A stretch of 64,000 nt of DNA, taken from positions 2,046,001-2,110,000 of the forward strand of contig OZ287069.1 of the NCBI GenBank assembly GCA_965645245.1, given 5' to 3'. Source of the DNA: Massalongia carnosa. Taxonomy: Eukaryota. Shown one piece after another: positions 49,401 to 61,000 of this stretch. How positions within the stretch are numbered: position 1 is the first letter of the stretch; the number at the start of each line of letters is the position of its first letter. Position numbers and translations under genes: made by a program. The notes beneath the pieces are model-generated. The model was not told the DNA's origin, ran no database searches, and worked only from the letters and a program-made list of their open reading frames with translations.

Positions 49401-49884
49401 CTGTAGCCGTCCTCCGAACTTCAGCATCACCGGTTTTGAGCACAAGATTAAGCTCCGAGTTTTTAGATTCATCAGGCTCTGAAGAACCCTTGTGCATGAG
49501 GTTCTGATTGACATCGATTTCTTCCCAATCTACGTCACTCTCCAGGGATTCGTCCGATTCATTATACGCTGTTTGCTGCATTGCTGCTCCGGAAACATTA
49601 TCACGTCCTTTGACAACGGTTTGGCCGGCCATCATAGACAGCCGATCCGATTGATCATCCCTCACTTTATCTTGGCCTTGAATTACCACTCGACCCGCGA
49701 TTCGGCGTCTTTTGATTGTCTTTCCTTCTTCGTTCACCCGGGTTGGTGCTGACACAGCATCTGCTAGCATATCTCCGTAAATTTCAGGGACGCCTGGCGG
49801 GAACGAAGCATTCGTTATGTTGCTCTTGCGCTTGCCTTTGCTGTTTCCATTGTCTACTTTTTTGTCGCTTCCAGTGCGAGCCAT
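46211..49884 (-). CDS. RAD4: Nucleotide excision repair damage sensor Rad4/XPC, multi-exon
   Basis: IHKLHILSLLFH...RNHWCND, GSRDTGAQLFCTLLRSVG..RLVCSLQP, FWVEAF, DVTRRY, FKDHPLYALERHL, and the BHD region IPKNIYSNLDIYVPSMVP...LGIDYADAVTGFEF. Confidence 0.93.
46398..46432 (+). repeat. (CAT)n trinucleotide microsatellite (poly-Asp in Rad4 C-terminus)
   Basis: About 11 CAT units, encoding DDDDDDDDDD on the minus strand. Confidence 0.9.
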
Positions 49885-50293
49885 GGTGTTACTTCTGCAA
49901 AGTTTGCCAGCAGTATAAAACGATAGCTCCGATAAATATAGAAAAATAGTTATCTGCTCATGAAACAAGCTCTGGGAATTTGGGGGTTGATGAGAGATTA
50001 AGAATACACTTGGGAGCCTAAAATAAAACAAGTCATAAATACTCTTTAAGAATGACAGACAGTAAATAAAAATATGTCTAAATCATGCGACTACAGAGTA
50101 AGGTAAAAGTTAAGACCCGCTGCGGCAGTTCTGAGGCTTTACAGAGAAGACAATAGGGGCAGATTTTAACTCGTCTCTCACGAAGATTAATATCGCATGT
50201 GAGGAAATAGCAACACACGTGATTATGCATTCTACGCGTCGCGTAAAGTTTCCACACAATCGTTCCCGTAGATCACCACTTCATCTGACAATC

Positions 50294-52177
50294 ATGTCAG
50301 TGCAGTCAAACAGACGCCGCTCCACAGTACGAATTTATCAATCAACACCGAGGCTTAGGCAATCTCATTTGGCTTCCCCAAACCGAATTGTCAAGCGAGT
50401 GCGCAAGACTCCAGCACCAGCTTCAAGCTCAACGAAGAAACAGGAGACTTTGACTCAAATTGGCTATGTCATCTACCAAAACCCAGAGGAGGATTTGAAC
50501 CTAACCTACGATGATAATACGAATGAGAGCATGGAGGCAAAACCATCTGCTAGCAAGCGACGGAAGATTGAAAAACAGCCCAACACGCCAGTGTCAATGA
50601 GGCAAACCAGGAGTGCCAAGAAAAGAGCGGCCGAGAAGAACGCCCAAAGTGAGAAACTTCCAGGAGGTGTAAAAGAGGAAGGATTTGAGCTCGCAGTGGA
50701 AGGGGATCGTATAGGCAGCTTGGATGCGTCTAAAACGCTCATGCCACCCCCAAAGACGCCCCAATCTTCAAGACGAAAAGAGGTTCCTTCGTCACAGTCA
50801 CCCGTAAATACGCCACTCTCTACACAGAGTCGAAGATCAGTAAGAGATGTATCAAGGTCGCCACTGAAAGAGAAATCTATGAATCTAAGGCGAGAGTGGG
50901 ACTCGTCAGTAAGGAAAAGCGTGCGCTGGGCTCCAGTGTTGGAAGTGGCAGATAGTATGGAGGTAGACAATGAAGAGAGCCAGACTGCCATGCGGGCTCC
51001 TAAAACTGCTTTAGCTATTCCTATTAAACTTGATTTTACAAATGATAGAGTTTCCGCTTCTAGTGTGGGAACGTTGGATATAGAAAGTATAGGAGGATTT
51101 GCTTTTCCTCACCAAATGTTGGGTAAGGAGGCCAAAGGTACTACCCCGGAGAACCAAAGGGCCAAACTGGAGGTATCAGACTCTGAAGCTGAAGAGGACG
51201 ATGACAATGATTTCAGCGTTGGAGTAGACACCCAAGCCACCTTCAGGACCGCGGATCTAGGGTTGGATGGCCCCATTGTGAATGAAGACTCCATTCCCAT
51301 CCATAAGACTACACAACCTCCACAATGGCTTATGGAAGATTGCGATCCCGCAGCTACCCCGAAGCAAAAGTGCACTGGCTTGTACCGTTTCTCTCAAGAA
51401 CCTGATCTGGCGCCAGACCGAACTCCGAAACTGCCTAAATCCGCCGTCCGTCTATCAAGCCTCCAACGTCCCAATAATACCATCACCTCCTATTGCCGGT
51501 GGCCCAGCCTTCGAACAGCCTCGAATTTATCCCCACCTTCAATTCCTCGCTCCGACTCCGAAGAAGCCTCCCTCCAGCTCTCCAACGATCTCGTATTCCA
51601 TACCCAGACCTACCGACTGCCCGAAACGGAATCCCAATTCGAAAATGCATGGCACGAATACACTCTCTCCCAGGGGCTTGCCGATCAAGCGCTTGAACAA
51701 ACTCGAAGCCAATCACCACAGTCTCCTCCACTCCAAAACCTTTCGCCCGGCCCTTCCAAATTCGACCACGACTCAGCCTGGGACGAACGGGACGAACCTC
51801 AACTGCCTATCCTCCCGCCTCCCAGTCAATCTACAGTTTCCCGCCCGGAGAAACTCTCCTATACGGCAGCCGCTGCAATTCCCACTTCTCAGGCCACCAC
51901 AGTCGAAATCACGCAATACGACTCCCAACCGAACCTCCACGCCTTCTCGCAACAAATCCTTTCCTCCTCCTCACCTTCGCAGCCCCCGCCCTTTCTATTT
52001 CCATTGTCATCCCCGCCGCAAAGCCGTATTGCTGCTGATGTGGAGGCGGAGGCGGAGGCGGAGGCGGAGGTCGAGTGGGACGGGGTGAGGTTAACGGATA
52101 GCCAGCTGTTGCCTGCGAGCTTGATGGAGGGAAGTTTGGTGGGGCCACCGACTCTGGGGGAATGGGAGTGCGAGTAG
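50294..52177 (+). CDS. Uncharacterised, largely disordered S/T/P/Q-rich nuclear protein
   Basis: Long single ORF (first ATG at 50294 in good context), basic NLS-like SKRRKIE, QETLTQIGY, EVPSSQSP, several SQ/TQ pairs, and C-terminal LTDSQLLPASLM. Confidence 0.7.
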   Translation: MSVQSNRRRSTVRIYQSTPRLRQSHLASPNRIVKRVRKTPAPASSSTKKQETLTQIGYVIYQNPEEDLNLTYDDNTNESMEAKPSASKRRKIEKQPNTPVSMRQTRSAKKRAAEKNAQSEKLPGGVKEEGFELAVEGDRIGSLDASKTLMPPPKTPQSSRRKEVPSSQSPVNTPLSTQSRRSVRDVSRSPLKEKSMNLRREWDSSVRKSVRWAPVLEVADSMEVDNEESQTAMRAPKTALAIPIKLDFTNDRVSASSVGTLDIESIGGFAFPHQMLGKEAKGTTPENQRAKLEVSDSEAEEDDDNDFSVGVDTQATFRTADLGLDGPIVNEDSIPIHKTTQPPQWLMEDCDPAATPKQKCTGLYRFSQEPDLAPDRTPKLPKSAVRLSSLQRPNNTITSYCRWPSLRTASNLSPPSIPRSDSEEASLQLSNDLVFHTQTYRLPETESQFENAWHEYTLSQGLADQALEQTRSQSPQSPPLQNLSPGPSKFDHDSAWDERDEPQLPILPPPSQSTVSRPEKLSYTAAAAIPTSQATTVEITQYDSQPNLHAFSQQILSSSSPSQPPPFLFPLSSPPQSRIAADVEAEAEAEAEVEWDGVRLTDSQLLPASLMEGSLVGPPTLGEWECE

Positions 52178-52491
52178 GACGGGCAAAGGGGAGAGGAGGA
52201 GGGGGGGTTTAGTAAGTAGATGAGAGGAGGCAGTCAATAGCTGGGGAAGGAGAGGAGCCTGCGGTTTGCCGGAACTCGCTAGATCGAGGTTGGATTTTAT
52301 ATGGGAGGAGAATCTTTTATGGGGATCTAGGCAAGGGGATGGGTGCAAATAAGAGAGGAGTAGAAAGAGAATATAAAAGAGAGCAAGGATTTGGACGTCT
52401 AAAAAACCCGCCATCCGTCCAGTTTTCCCACTTTTCAACCTCTATGCATCAATGTTCCAATTCTCGTTTCCGCTGCACTATCTCCCCCCAC

Positions 52492-54202
52492 CTATCTCCG
52501 AAACAACATCAGCGCCTCCTCATCCATCTCCTCCCCCTCCGCCTCCTCCATCCCCTCCTCTCCAACCCCCCGGTCTACCTTTCTCCCCAACAACCCCCCA
52601 AAAAGCTCCCCCGTCCTCCCCTCCCCCCATGTCCCCCGATCCTCCCGCACCATGAAATCCCGCAGCTTCTCGTGCACCGCGTACGACATCTTCCGGCCCT
52701 TGCTCGCTTTCGTGTCGACGTCTCGTCTGCGGCGTTTCGGCGCGGCCATGGCCAGCAGGGTCCCGGGCGGGGCCGCTGCAGGGGCTGCAGTGTCGCCCAT
52801 ACGGCGCTCGACGAGGTCGCGGAGGAGGAGGGCATAGAAGTCGGCGTCGTCGTAGATTTGCGGGTCGGCGGGGGCGTGGCGGATGGAGGCTTGTAAGGGG
52901 GCGCAGGAGCGTGGGATGCGGGTGCGGGCTATGAGGCGGGTGGAGTTTGGAGGGGAGAGGTGCTGATCTAGGAGGGTGGTGAGAGGTGTGGGTTTCGTGG
53001 CTGCGCTGGTGGAGAGGGATGGGCGGAGTTGAGCGGGAGGGTGCAGTTTCACGGACCATTTTTCGAGACTGGGGCGGTGGTGGGCTGTTGAGTGGGAGGA
53101 GTGGGACTGGAGATGAGTCCAGAGGGTAGCGGTTGGGGTTGTGGAGTTTGCTGTTAGGAGTGAGGGAGGGTGCGTGGGGTGCAGAGAGTGGCGAAGGGTG
53201 TCAAGGCGATTCCACAGGTCAAGGGCTGCGACTTCGGCGGCTCGGATGGCGGAGGATGAGTCCTGGGAAGCGGGTTCATGGGGTGGTGTTGGTTCCGTTG
53301 TTAACGAGGAGGGGAAGGTGAGAGAATTGGCGGCGATCAAGGATTTTTGCAGGCGGATGCGTGTATTGAGGAGGGCGTCGAAGGAAGAGCGTTGCTGCTT
53401 AACGGCCTTTCCCTTAGCGAGGTCGGCCTTAGCGGCGGCGGAGATGGTGGCTACCACCGAATTTTGCGATTCAGCCATCAATTTACGGAGAGTGGTGCGG
53501 TCGTCCGAGCTGGGGGTATTGTGTGCCTCGGGCGAGGTTGAGCTGCGCGTATTGGTGCTGACTCCGCTGCTGGGTTCGGATCTGCTGTCTGCGTCCTCCA
53601 AGATGGAGTCGGTTTCCTTTTCCGAGTCGGCGTCGCTCTCTGATCTAGATGCTGCGGCGATTAAACCCTCAATATTGTTATCGTCTCGCGCGACGTCATC
53701 TACAGTCGCCTCGTTGAAATCATTTTTGTCGTCGTCGACCTCCTGCTCCAAGCCTTCGCCATCCGGAGCGGCAGACTCGTTATACTCAGAACTAGAACGC
53801 TCAATATCATCCTCACTAGGATGGTCCTCGTCATTCCCGGTGGCAAGGAGTTCCTCGCGACTTATCCGTGATCCTTTGTACTGAGGACCTAGGGATGGAG
53901 GATGAGGTTTCCGAAGCGTGCTCTTTCTACAATTGATCAGCGAAAGGTTCCGGGTGCATTTCATCAGACTTACCCAACGTTCTCATAATGCTCTCGCGCA
54001 TTGTCTTGGGATTCATCATCGCTCGAGGAATTCGAGCCCTGGTTGTCGCTGGATATTTGGAGTTGCTCTTCGGGATCGAAATCTAACCTGTTAGCATGCT
54101 CGGTTTTACGCGACGGACAGAATGCTGAGTACCTTGAGGCGCGGGGTCATTAAGCTCCTCAATTTCTTCAGCCCAGGATTTGGGAGCTTTGCGTTTCGTC
54201 AT
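52492..54202 (-). CDS. BFR2: Bfr2/AATF nucleolar ribosome-biogenesis protein, multi-exon
   Basis: LGPQYKGSRISR, DLAKGKAVKQQRSSFDALLNTRIRLQK, IYDDADFYALLLRDLVE and VDTKASKGRKMSYAVHEKL. Two short 5' exons from the ATG at 54202. Confidence 0.92.
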
Positions 54203-54591
54203 TTTTTTTGGTTTGGATTTTGGATTTTGCGTCTTTCTTTTTTTTCTATTCAGTGGAAGATCTCCGAAGTAAAGCCGATGACATCGATGCGGAATTGATT
54301 CCGCGCATTACTCCCCCATTTGCTACATTTTAATTACGTAACATGTTAGCGTGTTTGAGTTTCGTCAGAGTAGATATGACGTCATGTGGAGCAGAGCTCT
54401 GCAAATAATCCTGATCTTCAGATTCGCATTCCAATTCCCACTGTAAACAAGTCTTACATTTCTCCTCCTTCCATCAAACCCTACTTAGCCTTCCATTCCT
54501 CAAGCTCAACTATTCGAAAACCTTACTACCCAGCTCAAATCAAAGCCTCCATCGACTGTTAGCAAAGTAATTGATACGCAACCAAGCAAAC

Positions 54592-55075
54592 ATGTCCTCC
54601 ATCATTTCCTCCATTTCCTCCCTCATCTCCTCGATTTTCGACATCATCCGTTCCATCTTCGCGACCATTTTCTCCGCCCTCGAGTCCATCGTCAGCATCT
54701 TCACGAACCTCGTCCACAGCATCTTTGACCTCTTCAGCGGCCTCGTCGGTTTCATCCTTGGTACGTTCTTCTCGATCCTCCTTGTTCCCTGATCCTGGCA
54801 CATTGCACATTCCATAGGAGCTTCAAGCCACTGGCTAGGAGAGAATATTCTTCATCTTTTGCCTCTGCCATTGCATCGTACCCAACCAGCAATACTTGTA
54901 GACGGAAATAGACAAAAAACATTCACAAGGAAAGAGAACACATGGCTAACCAGGAACCCCCCCCCCCACACCAGGTAACATCGTCATCATCGGCGTTCTA
55001 ATCGCCGCCTTCGTGGGGTTCTCGGCCTACCGCCAAAAACACCAGGGTGGGGGCATCACCAAAAAGCAAGCCTAA
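54592..55075 (+). CDS. Small (89 aa) amphipathic-helix plus transmembrane protein, 2 exons (54592-54760, 54975-55075)
   Basis: MSSIISSISSLISSIFDIIRSIFATIFSALESIVSIFTNLVHSIFDLFSGLVGFIL|GNIVIIGVLIAAFVGFSAYRQKHQGGGITKKQA*. GTACGT donor, GCTAAC branch, CAG acceptor; strongly C-ending codons. Confidence 0.75.
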
Positions 55076-55693
55076 ACCCTCCTCACAAAATGGCTTTCTC
55101 AATCCCTCCTTCGGTATCCTATTTCTCATCACCACCCCCGTTACGACTACCACCGTTGTGACTCAAACCGCGTCTCTCATTCCAATGAACCGCGAGGCAC
55201 ACTGTTGCATGACATCTCGATCTCCATGAGGTTGGGCATTAGGTGGCTTAACCCATGTCAGGTGGAGGGGCGGGTGGAGTGGGGGTACTTGATGTGGGGC
55301 GTTCTGCTATCGTGGGGGTAATTGTCCCTTGCTGTATCATACCATCTCCTCGAACCCTTTGGATTATCCCCGCCACATTTATGTGCTAACTAAGGTACCT
55401 ACCTATTCCGTATGTACGTTAGGTTCGGGATGAATGACCGTGAAAGCCAACTTCTGACCTCAATCTTCGTCCCTCTACCACCAAAACCCCAAAAGAAATC
55501 ATAGGCCCCCTTTCCCCCTTTTGACGCTGCACGACGGACTACAACAACCACCACAACCCCTTCCCGTCCTAACAACCCGAGTCATCAACACATACCACAT
55601 CTCAATCCTCACCTTCCTTTACCGTCCCGTGCTCCAAATCTCCCTTCCCCAGATACCCTGGTAACTAGTTAAACTACTTAGTCCAGTATCTCA

Positions 55694-55716
55694 TACCTAC
55701 CTACCTACCTACCTAC
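55694..55716 (+). repeat. (TACC)n tetranucleotide microsatellite
   Basis: TACCTACCTACCTACCTACCTAC. Confidence 0.85.
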
Positions 55717-56492
55717 TCACTCCCTCCAAAACCCACTCACCCCACACAGCCTTTGTTCGTCACGCCCCCTTCCCCCTTTTTTTTTTGTGTGATTGAAAAT
55801 ATCCCTCCCTCCCGACCGACCGACCGGTGAGTACTTGTCTATCTGGGTAAAAATATCTAAGAGTAACAGGGGTTGCGTGGAGGGAATGACGGTAAGGCAG
55901 GGTTATTAGTGTTCGTTCGTTCGATTGGCTATTTATCTCTATAGGTATTTAGGTAGGTTATCTGCATTTCGGGTACCAGTGGATGCGGAATCGAGGCTTC
56001 TACAAAAACCACTTAAAACTGAGGAAAACCTGGTTTAGCGACTCGACCGTTTTTTTTTTTTTGATTACTTTTCTTCCCCTTTCGCCTGCACAAGCGTGCA
56101 CGTCGATTGGTTACCGGTTATCTTTCACGGTCACAGTGGTTCTCGCAGAAGAGGCAAAAGGAAGGGGGTTGGATCTCCTGTCCTCCGCTGCACACATGAA
56201 TTGTTGATCTCATTTCAGAGTGCGCTCACCCGAGATCCCTAGGAGAAAATGCCTTGGAAGTCACTATGCTCCCTCTCCGCGTAAGATACACAAGCACGTG
56301 GTTTTTTGGATCTAGATGTAATAGCCCCTTGTCTATACACCTACCCCAAGCCCTTGTATCCCAAACCGCCATGCCCAGACACTAAGAAAATAGTCTATGT
56401 ACAAGTCTCGTATACCGGGCCACTATTTAACGTCAAGTCGTAAAATCATAAGTTTCAGGGTCAAAGCACTCTAAACCATTGTAAACCTACTA

Positions 56493-58056
56493 TTATTGCC
56501 CCACCCAAACATTGGCAGCGACGCTATGCGGATCGTAAGATACCTCATCGCTGTTAAATGGCGCTGCCCATAACGGATCCATCTCGTCTATTGGAGTCGA
56601 CAAAGCTAGCTCGCCTACCGATTCTGCTGCGGCGGCAGGATGAGCGAGATTTTGGGCCTCTTGCACCGTGAAACCATGAGCAGAAAAGGTGGAAGAGCCC
56701 AGCGGGCCAGGGTACCGAGTCTTTTCCAACTCTGTGGGTGAGGCGGTGGCTTGTAAGAATGTATCTATGTCATGGGTGGTGAGATTGCTATCTGAAAGCA
56801 TAGACGTCTGGGGGATGCTCATGTAAGAGGAAGTGGAGCTTAGCCGATATGCGTTGGCATCTGATACTTCTGGGGATGCAGAGGTGACTTGCTCGTTACT
56901 CATGGCGTATTGGGAGATGTAGTCATCCACTTCGGAGACCTCGCCAGATGAAGAGGTGGTGAGTCCAGGTTGGCCAGCGTTGTGATCAAAACTAGCGTAT
57001 GAAGCTGGCTGGCTGTATGTCGCTGAGAAAGCGCCATCCAACGGAAGATCTAGAGCTGACCAGTCTTCCACAGGAGAAATAATCCCAGCTGACATGATTG
57101 GAGTTTCGTCCTGATGCGTATAATAGGACTCGAATCCACGAGAAGCATGGTAATTATATTCATCGGGCAGCGGACTAGGCATACCGTGATGGAACGCTGG
57201 GTATGATAGTTCTAGCGGAGGTAGAGAGCCATCAAAACCATCATACCTCGGCAAAGCCCGTGGTTTTGGTGATCCGTGCTCAGATCTTACTAGCCGTACT
57301 TCTTGCTGTGCGCTGGAAATGGACTCCTGAAAGTGCAGTGGAGCTTGTTCTATTGTTCTGGCTAACGGTAAACTGTCGGTAGACCGTCGTGCAGATTCTT
57401 TTACAGTATCGGTATTGCCAGGTACGCTGTGTGGGATGGCGATTTTGTATGGAATGCCACAATGATGAGCTGCATCATTGCGCTTGTGCACTGGTTTATG
57501 GTGGCCTTTTGTGAACACAGTCAACGATGCCTCTGACTGCGTAGTCATCAGGCGAGGCTTTCGTGTAGTTAGCGAAGGTGGACGTGAACTGATGTCGTTG
57601 AAATCAACCTCGGGCACCGGGTCGAGAGGTTCCTTCTTAACTGCACATACACACCGAGCTCCGTGGCTGCAGCAGCAGACATGGACATTGGGTACTGATG
57701 GATCCGTCGGCACCTCCGCTGCATTATCGCCATGCTCACTGCCTGATTCGCCCTTGTCACTTTCAATACACTCTTGCTTTGCATGCGGTTTCTCCCCGCA
57801 GTCGCACTTAACATGGGAAGCGCGAGCCTTACGGAGCCCTCGGCAGTGCGGGCATTGGGACACAGGACGCCCCTTCTTGTTGATGTGGGTAAGCGGCCGG
57901 TCTTTGCGAGATTACGTTAGCAGACGTATGAAAAATCTAGGCTCATGATGGAGTCAATTGATGGCCGATTGACTGCTTACCAGCATGCTGACAATTACTG
58001 ACCCGGTGTCCTCTTACACAAGCGTCGCAAGCGTATTTCTCGCCTTTATACAGCAT
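56493..58056 (-). CDS. Copper-fist DNA-binding transcription factor (Ace1/AceA/Haa1-like), 2 exons
   Basis: MLYKGEKYACDACVRGHRVSNCQHA|DRPLTHINKKGRPVSQCPHCR...HVKCDC, a second Cys cluster CCCSHGARCVC, and an acidic C-terminal region. Confidence 0.88.
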
Positions 58057-61000
58057 CACTTGCGGATCGAATTGAGGTCCGCCCAATGCTGTAAAGCACA
58101 GTTCGGCAGACCAAGATTTCCAATAGCGAGGTTCCGGATGAAAATAGGGAGGGTCGGTGTGGTTAAAAGTGGGGCAATGAGTAAGCAATCGTATTTAGTC
58201 GAGTTCTGAGACGTAGGAAGCAAGTCGAGACACGTAGAAGGACAGCTGGAACGCCAGTGGGGTATCATGAGAAAATGAAACGCCTTGCTTGCAAAGTCGC
58301 AGAGAGTCGACCACCGGAACGCCTGCAGAGTGACCCGAACAAGGAAACAAGATGCGACGACGAACGCAGTCGGGTTGGCCTGGCTCGCTCTTCCACGGTG
58401 AATACCCTATACAGGCGTATCAGGCTAACAAAACCGTGATGGGGGCAAAATGAAGCCACAATACTGTGACTTTTGGAGCAATGCTGTTTTCGCCGCTGCG
58501 GAAAAATTAGACTTTGCAGGATATGATAAACAGATGCAAATCAATCAGGATGATGAAGAATGATCAGCGATCGGTGGGGGATGCTCGTGGGGTTTTATGA
58601 TGCTTCCATGCGTGTAAGATCGGCTGTTACCGCTCTAGCTCTTCTGTATTTTCTACGGCTATGAAGGGAGAGCTTCGGAATGACCTCTAAAGTGTGAGAA
58701 GCGGCCTATAAAGTAATCGGTAGGTAGTACCTTAATCGCAATGGTGGCAAGTATTCCTGAATAACAAACATTAGAACCCACATGATTCGTCCATATCAAA
58801 TCGATGGGCAGAACCGAGTGACTTGATCTGGGGCGATATTTCTCCTGCATCCCTTGTACCTTTTCACTTTTGTTCGCTTGGTTCGACCTGATACTCCGTA
58901 GAGCTAGCTTCTCCCTTGCAACGATATCGGAACAAACCATCATTGCTGAAATCCGCCTTGCCTCACATGGGCCAACTCGCGGGGTACATTTTCTCCTTCC
59001 TCGTAGCCTCCGCTCTTTGATTCGAGATGATATTTCTACCCAGATTCCACAAATATTCGCTACGCGCATCTTCTACGTGGATAAGTTTCACTATCTCAGC
59101 AGGACATTCTGGCCGGTTCATTTGGTTTTCTTGCATTCTCTACAGAGTACATTTCTCGGTCTCGAGGACCGAAGTAAGACCATCGCAAGGTCGAGAGTAA
59201 GGGAGCAGGGTAAGTAGGTAGGCAAGGAGGGTAACCCCCTTTGGTCGGGGATGCTATTCTGGTACTTTTTGACAGTCATGCTTCGATATGATGGATGGCG
59301 ATCACCATCCTGAAATCACAAACCCGTGAAGACATACAATCTAATCTTTTCTTGGCATCGAGAACTATTAGGATTTACACCCCTTTGGAGTCAAAAGGGC
59401 CAATTGTGCCGGTCTTGCGAGTAGCGAGCTCTGGCAGTGGTAAGAATAAATGCCTCATTGCCTACACACCAAATGCTCACCTGTTGTGGCAGCCTCGCTT
59501 AGCCTGACCTTCCATGGAGATTTTTCTTTTTCCTGTCCCTCCTAACCTACAGAGTACATGTGCAGCCACAAACATGGAAGAAGTGAAAATTTTTTCAATT
59601 CAAGTATCGCGAGATCACTCGAGTGCCGAAAACAGCACTTGAGATCGCGCCAGTAGCGCTTTTCAGGACCTCATGACGCCAGAAAAAATCATACGTAGGC
59701 GATTTCAGTGTTTCAGGCAGAGGCACGAAGCATGGGAAAGGGGACGTGGAAGGCTAGCAGCGGAGTGTTAATGGACGAACAACGCGAGAGACTGGTCGGA
59801 AGAAATCATCCACTCATAGACTAGCACTCCCAGTTTTGACAGTTTCGACTGTGAGTATCCTTGCCTAACAGGCGCCCCAGATGAAGAATATTTCCTTCCA
59901 TTTCAGCCACATAGAACAAATGGAACAACCCAAAATGAAGACACGGGATCTAGATTTGTGTCGTACAGACAGACTACAGCAGGTACGCTGGAACTACGCC
60001 AACCATCGCATGTTACCCCGCGATCAGTTGTCTTTGTCTTGGCAAGACATACCGTTCATCACATCCCACATCGAAGATGTATTCCCTAATGTACTTCTCC
60101 ATCCACTCTGGACCGATGACTTTATAAGCCGACGACATCAACTCGATCCGCGTTCTTGTGCAAAGCGGCATTTACCGGATGAGCAGGAGCAACATCTAAT
60201 GGACGATATCCCGTTGACGAAAATTTCGGAACATGACTGATTACCGTCACTTGCCCACGCCGAGAGATCGGGCGTGGGGAAGACAGCTGCTGGGTGGTGC
60301 ATATTGTGTGGAAGACTGGCTGGTTGAATATGTTAACCTTCCGCTTTATGGATTACTATATATCGTACCGAGTCCAAATGGCAAGGCTAAGAAGCGAGGT
60401 ACTCCGTTTCCTTGTAAACGGAGTACCAATACAGATAATAATCAGCCCACTTCAGCATCTACATTATCGATGGCGAACCGGGCATGAAGAGAGAAGCAGA
60501 CGGGATCAGAACCCGATGCTTGGGGCCTATCCTCATGCTATGTAGTGGCAATTAGAAGTCCGGGCTACAGGCAACTTTACCTTTTCCTTGCCTTGCATGC
60601 GTAACTGCTTTCTTCATACAGAGTATTTGGTGCTGTAAGGACTGCAAACGGCCCGGTCGACAGCATCGCTCACTGAACGACCTTAGACTGAGCTGCTAGG
60701 TAGTCACTCTCATTACCACACTGATTGTGTTTCTCACCATTGGATGATCTAGGTACCATTCGCCCCTGCTTTCATTCTCGACGACCCTTCCCCGTGTCTC
60801 CCGTCTCACCAATCCCTTAAGTGCTACAACAAACTTTTGACACGCTCATTGGGCTTGCTTTTACCGTTGGGTTTGCTCTCTCACGCGCCATAATAATGCC
60901 TTACGACTAGCGTTTTGATTATGAACTGGCAACTTCAATGGCTAGTTAACGTAGCGCTTATGAATGGTTTCAAGCGTATGGGACAATCATATTTTGTTTG

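Noticed and set aside
54795..54915. Possible H/ACA snoRNA in the 214-nt intron (AGAGAA and ACA present)
   Set aside because: Hairpins are weak by eye and I could not identify a pseudouridylation pocket target.
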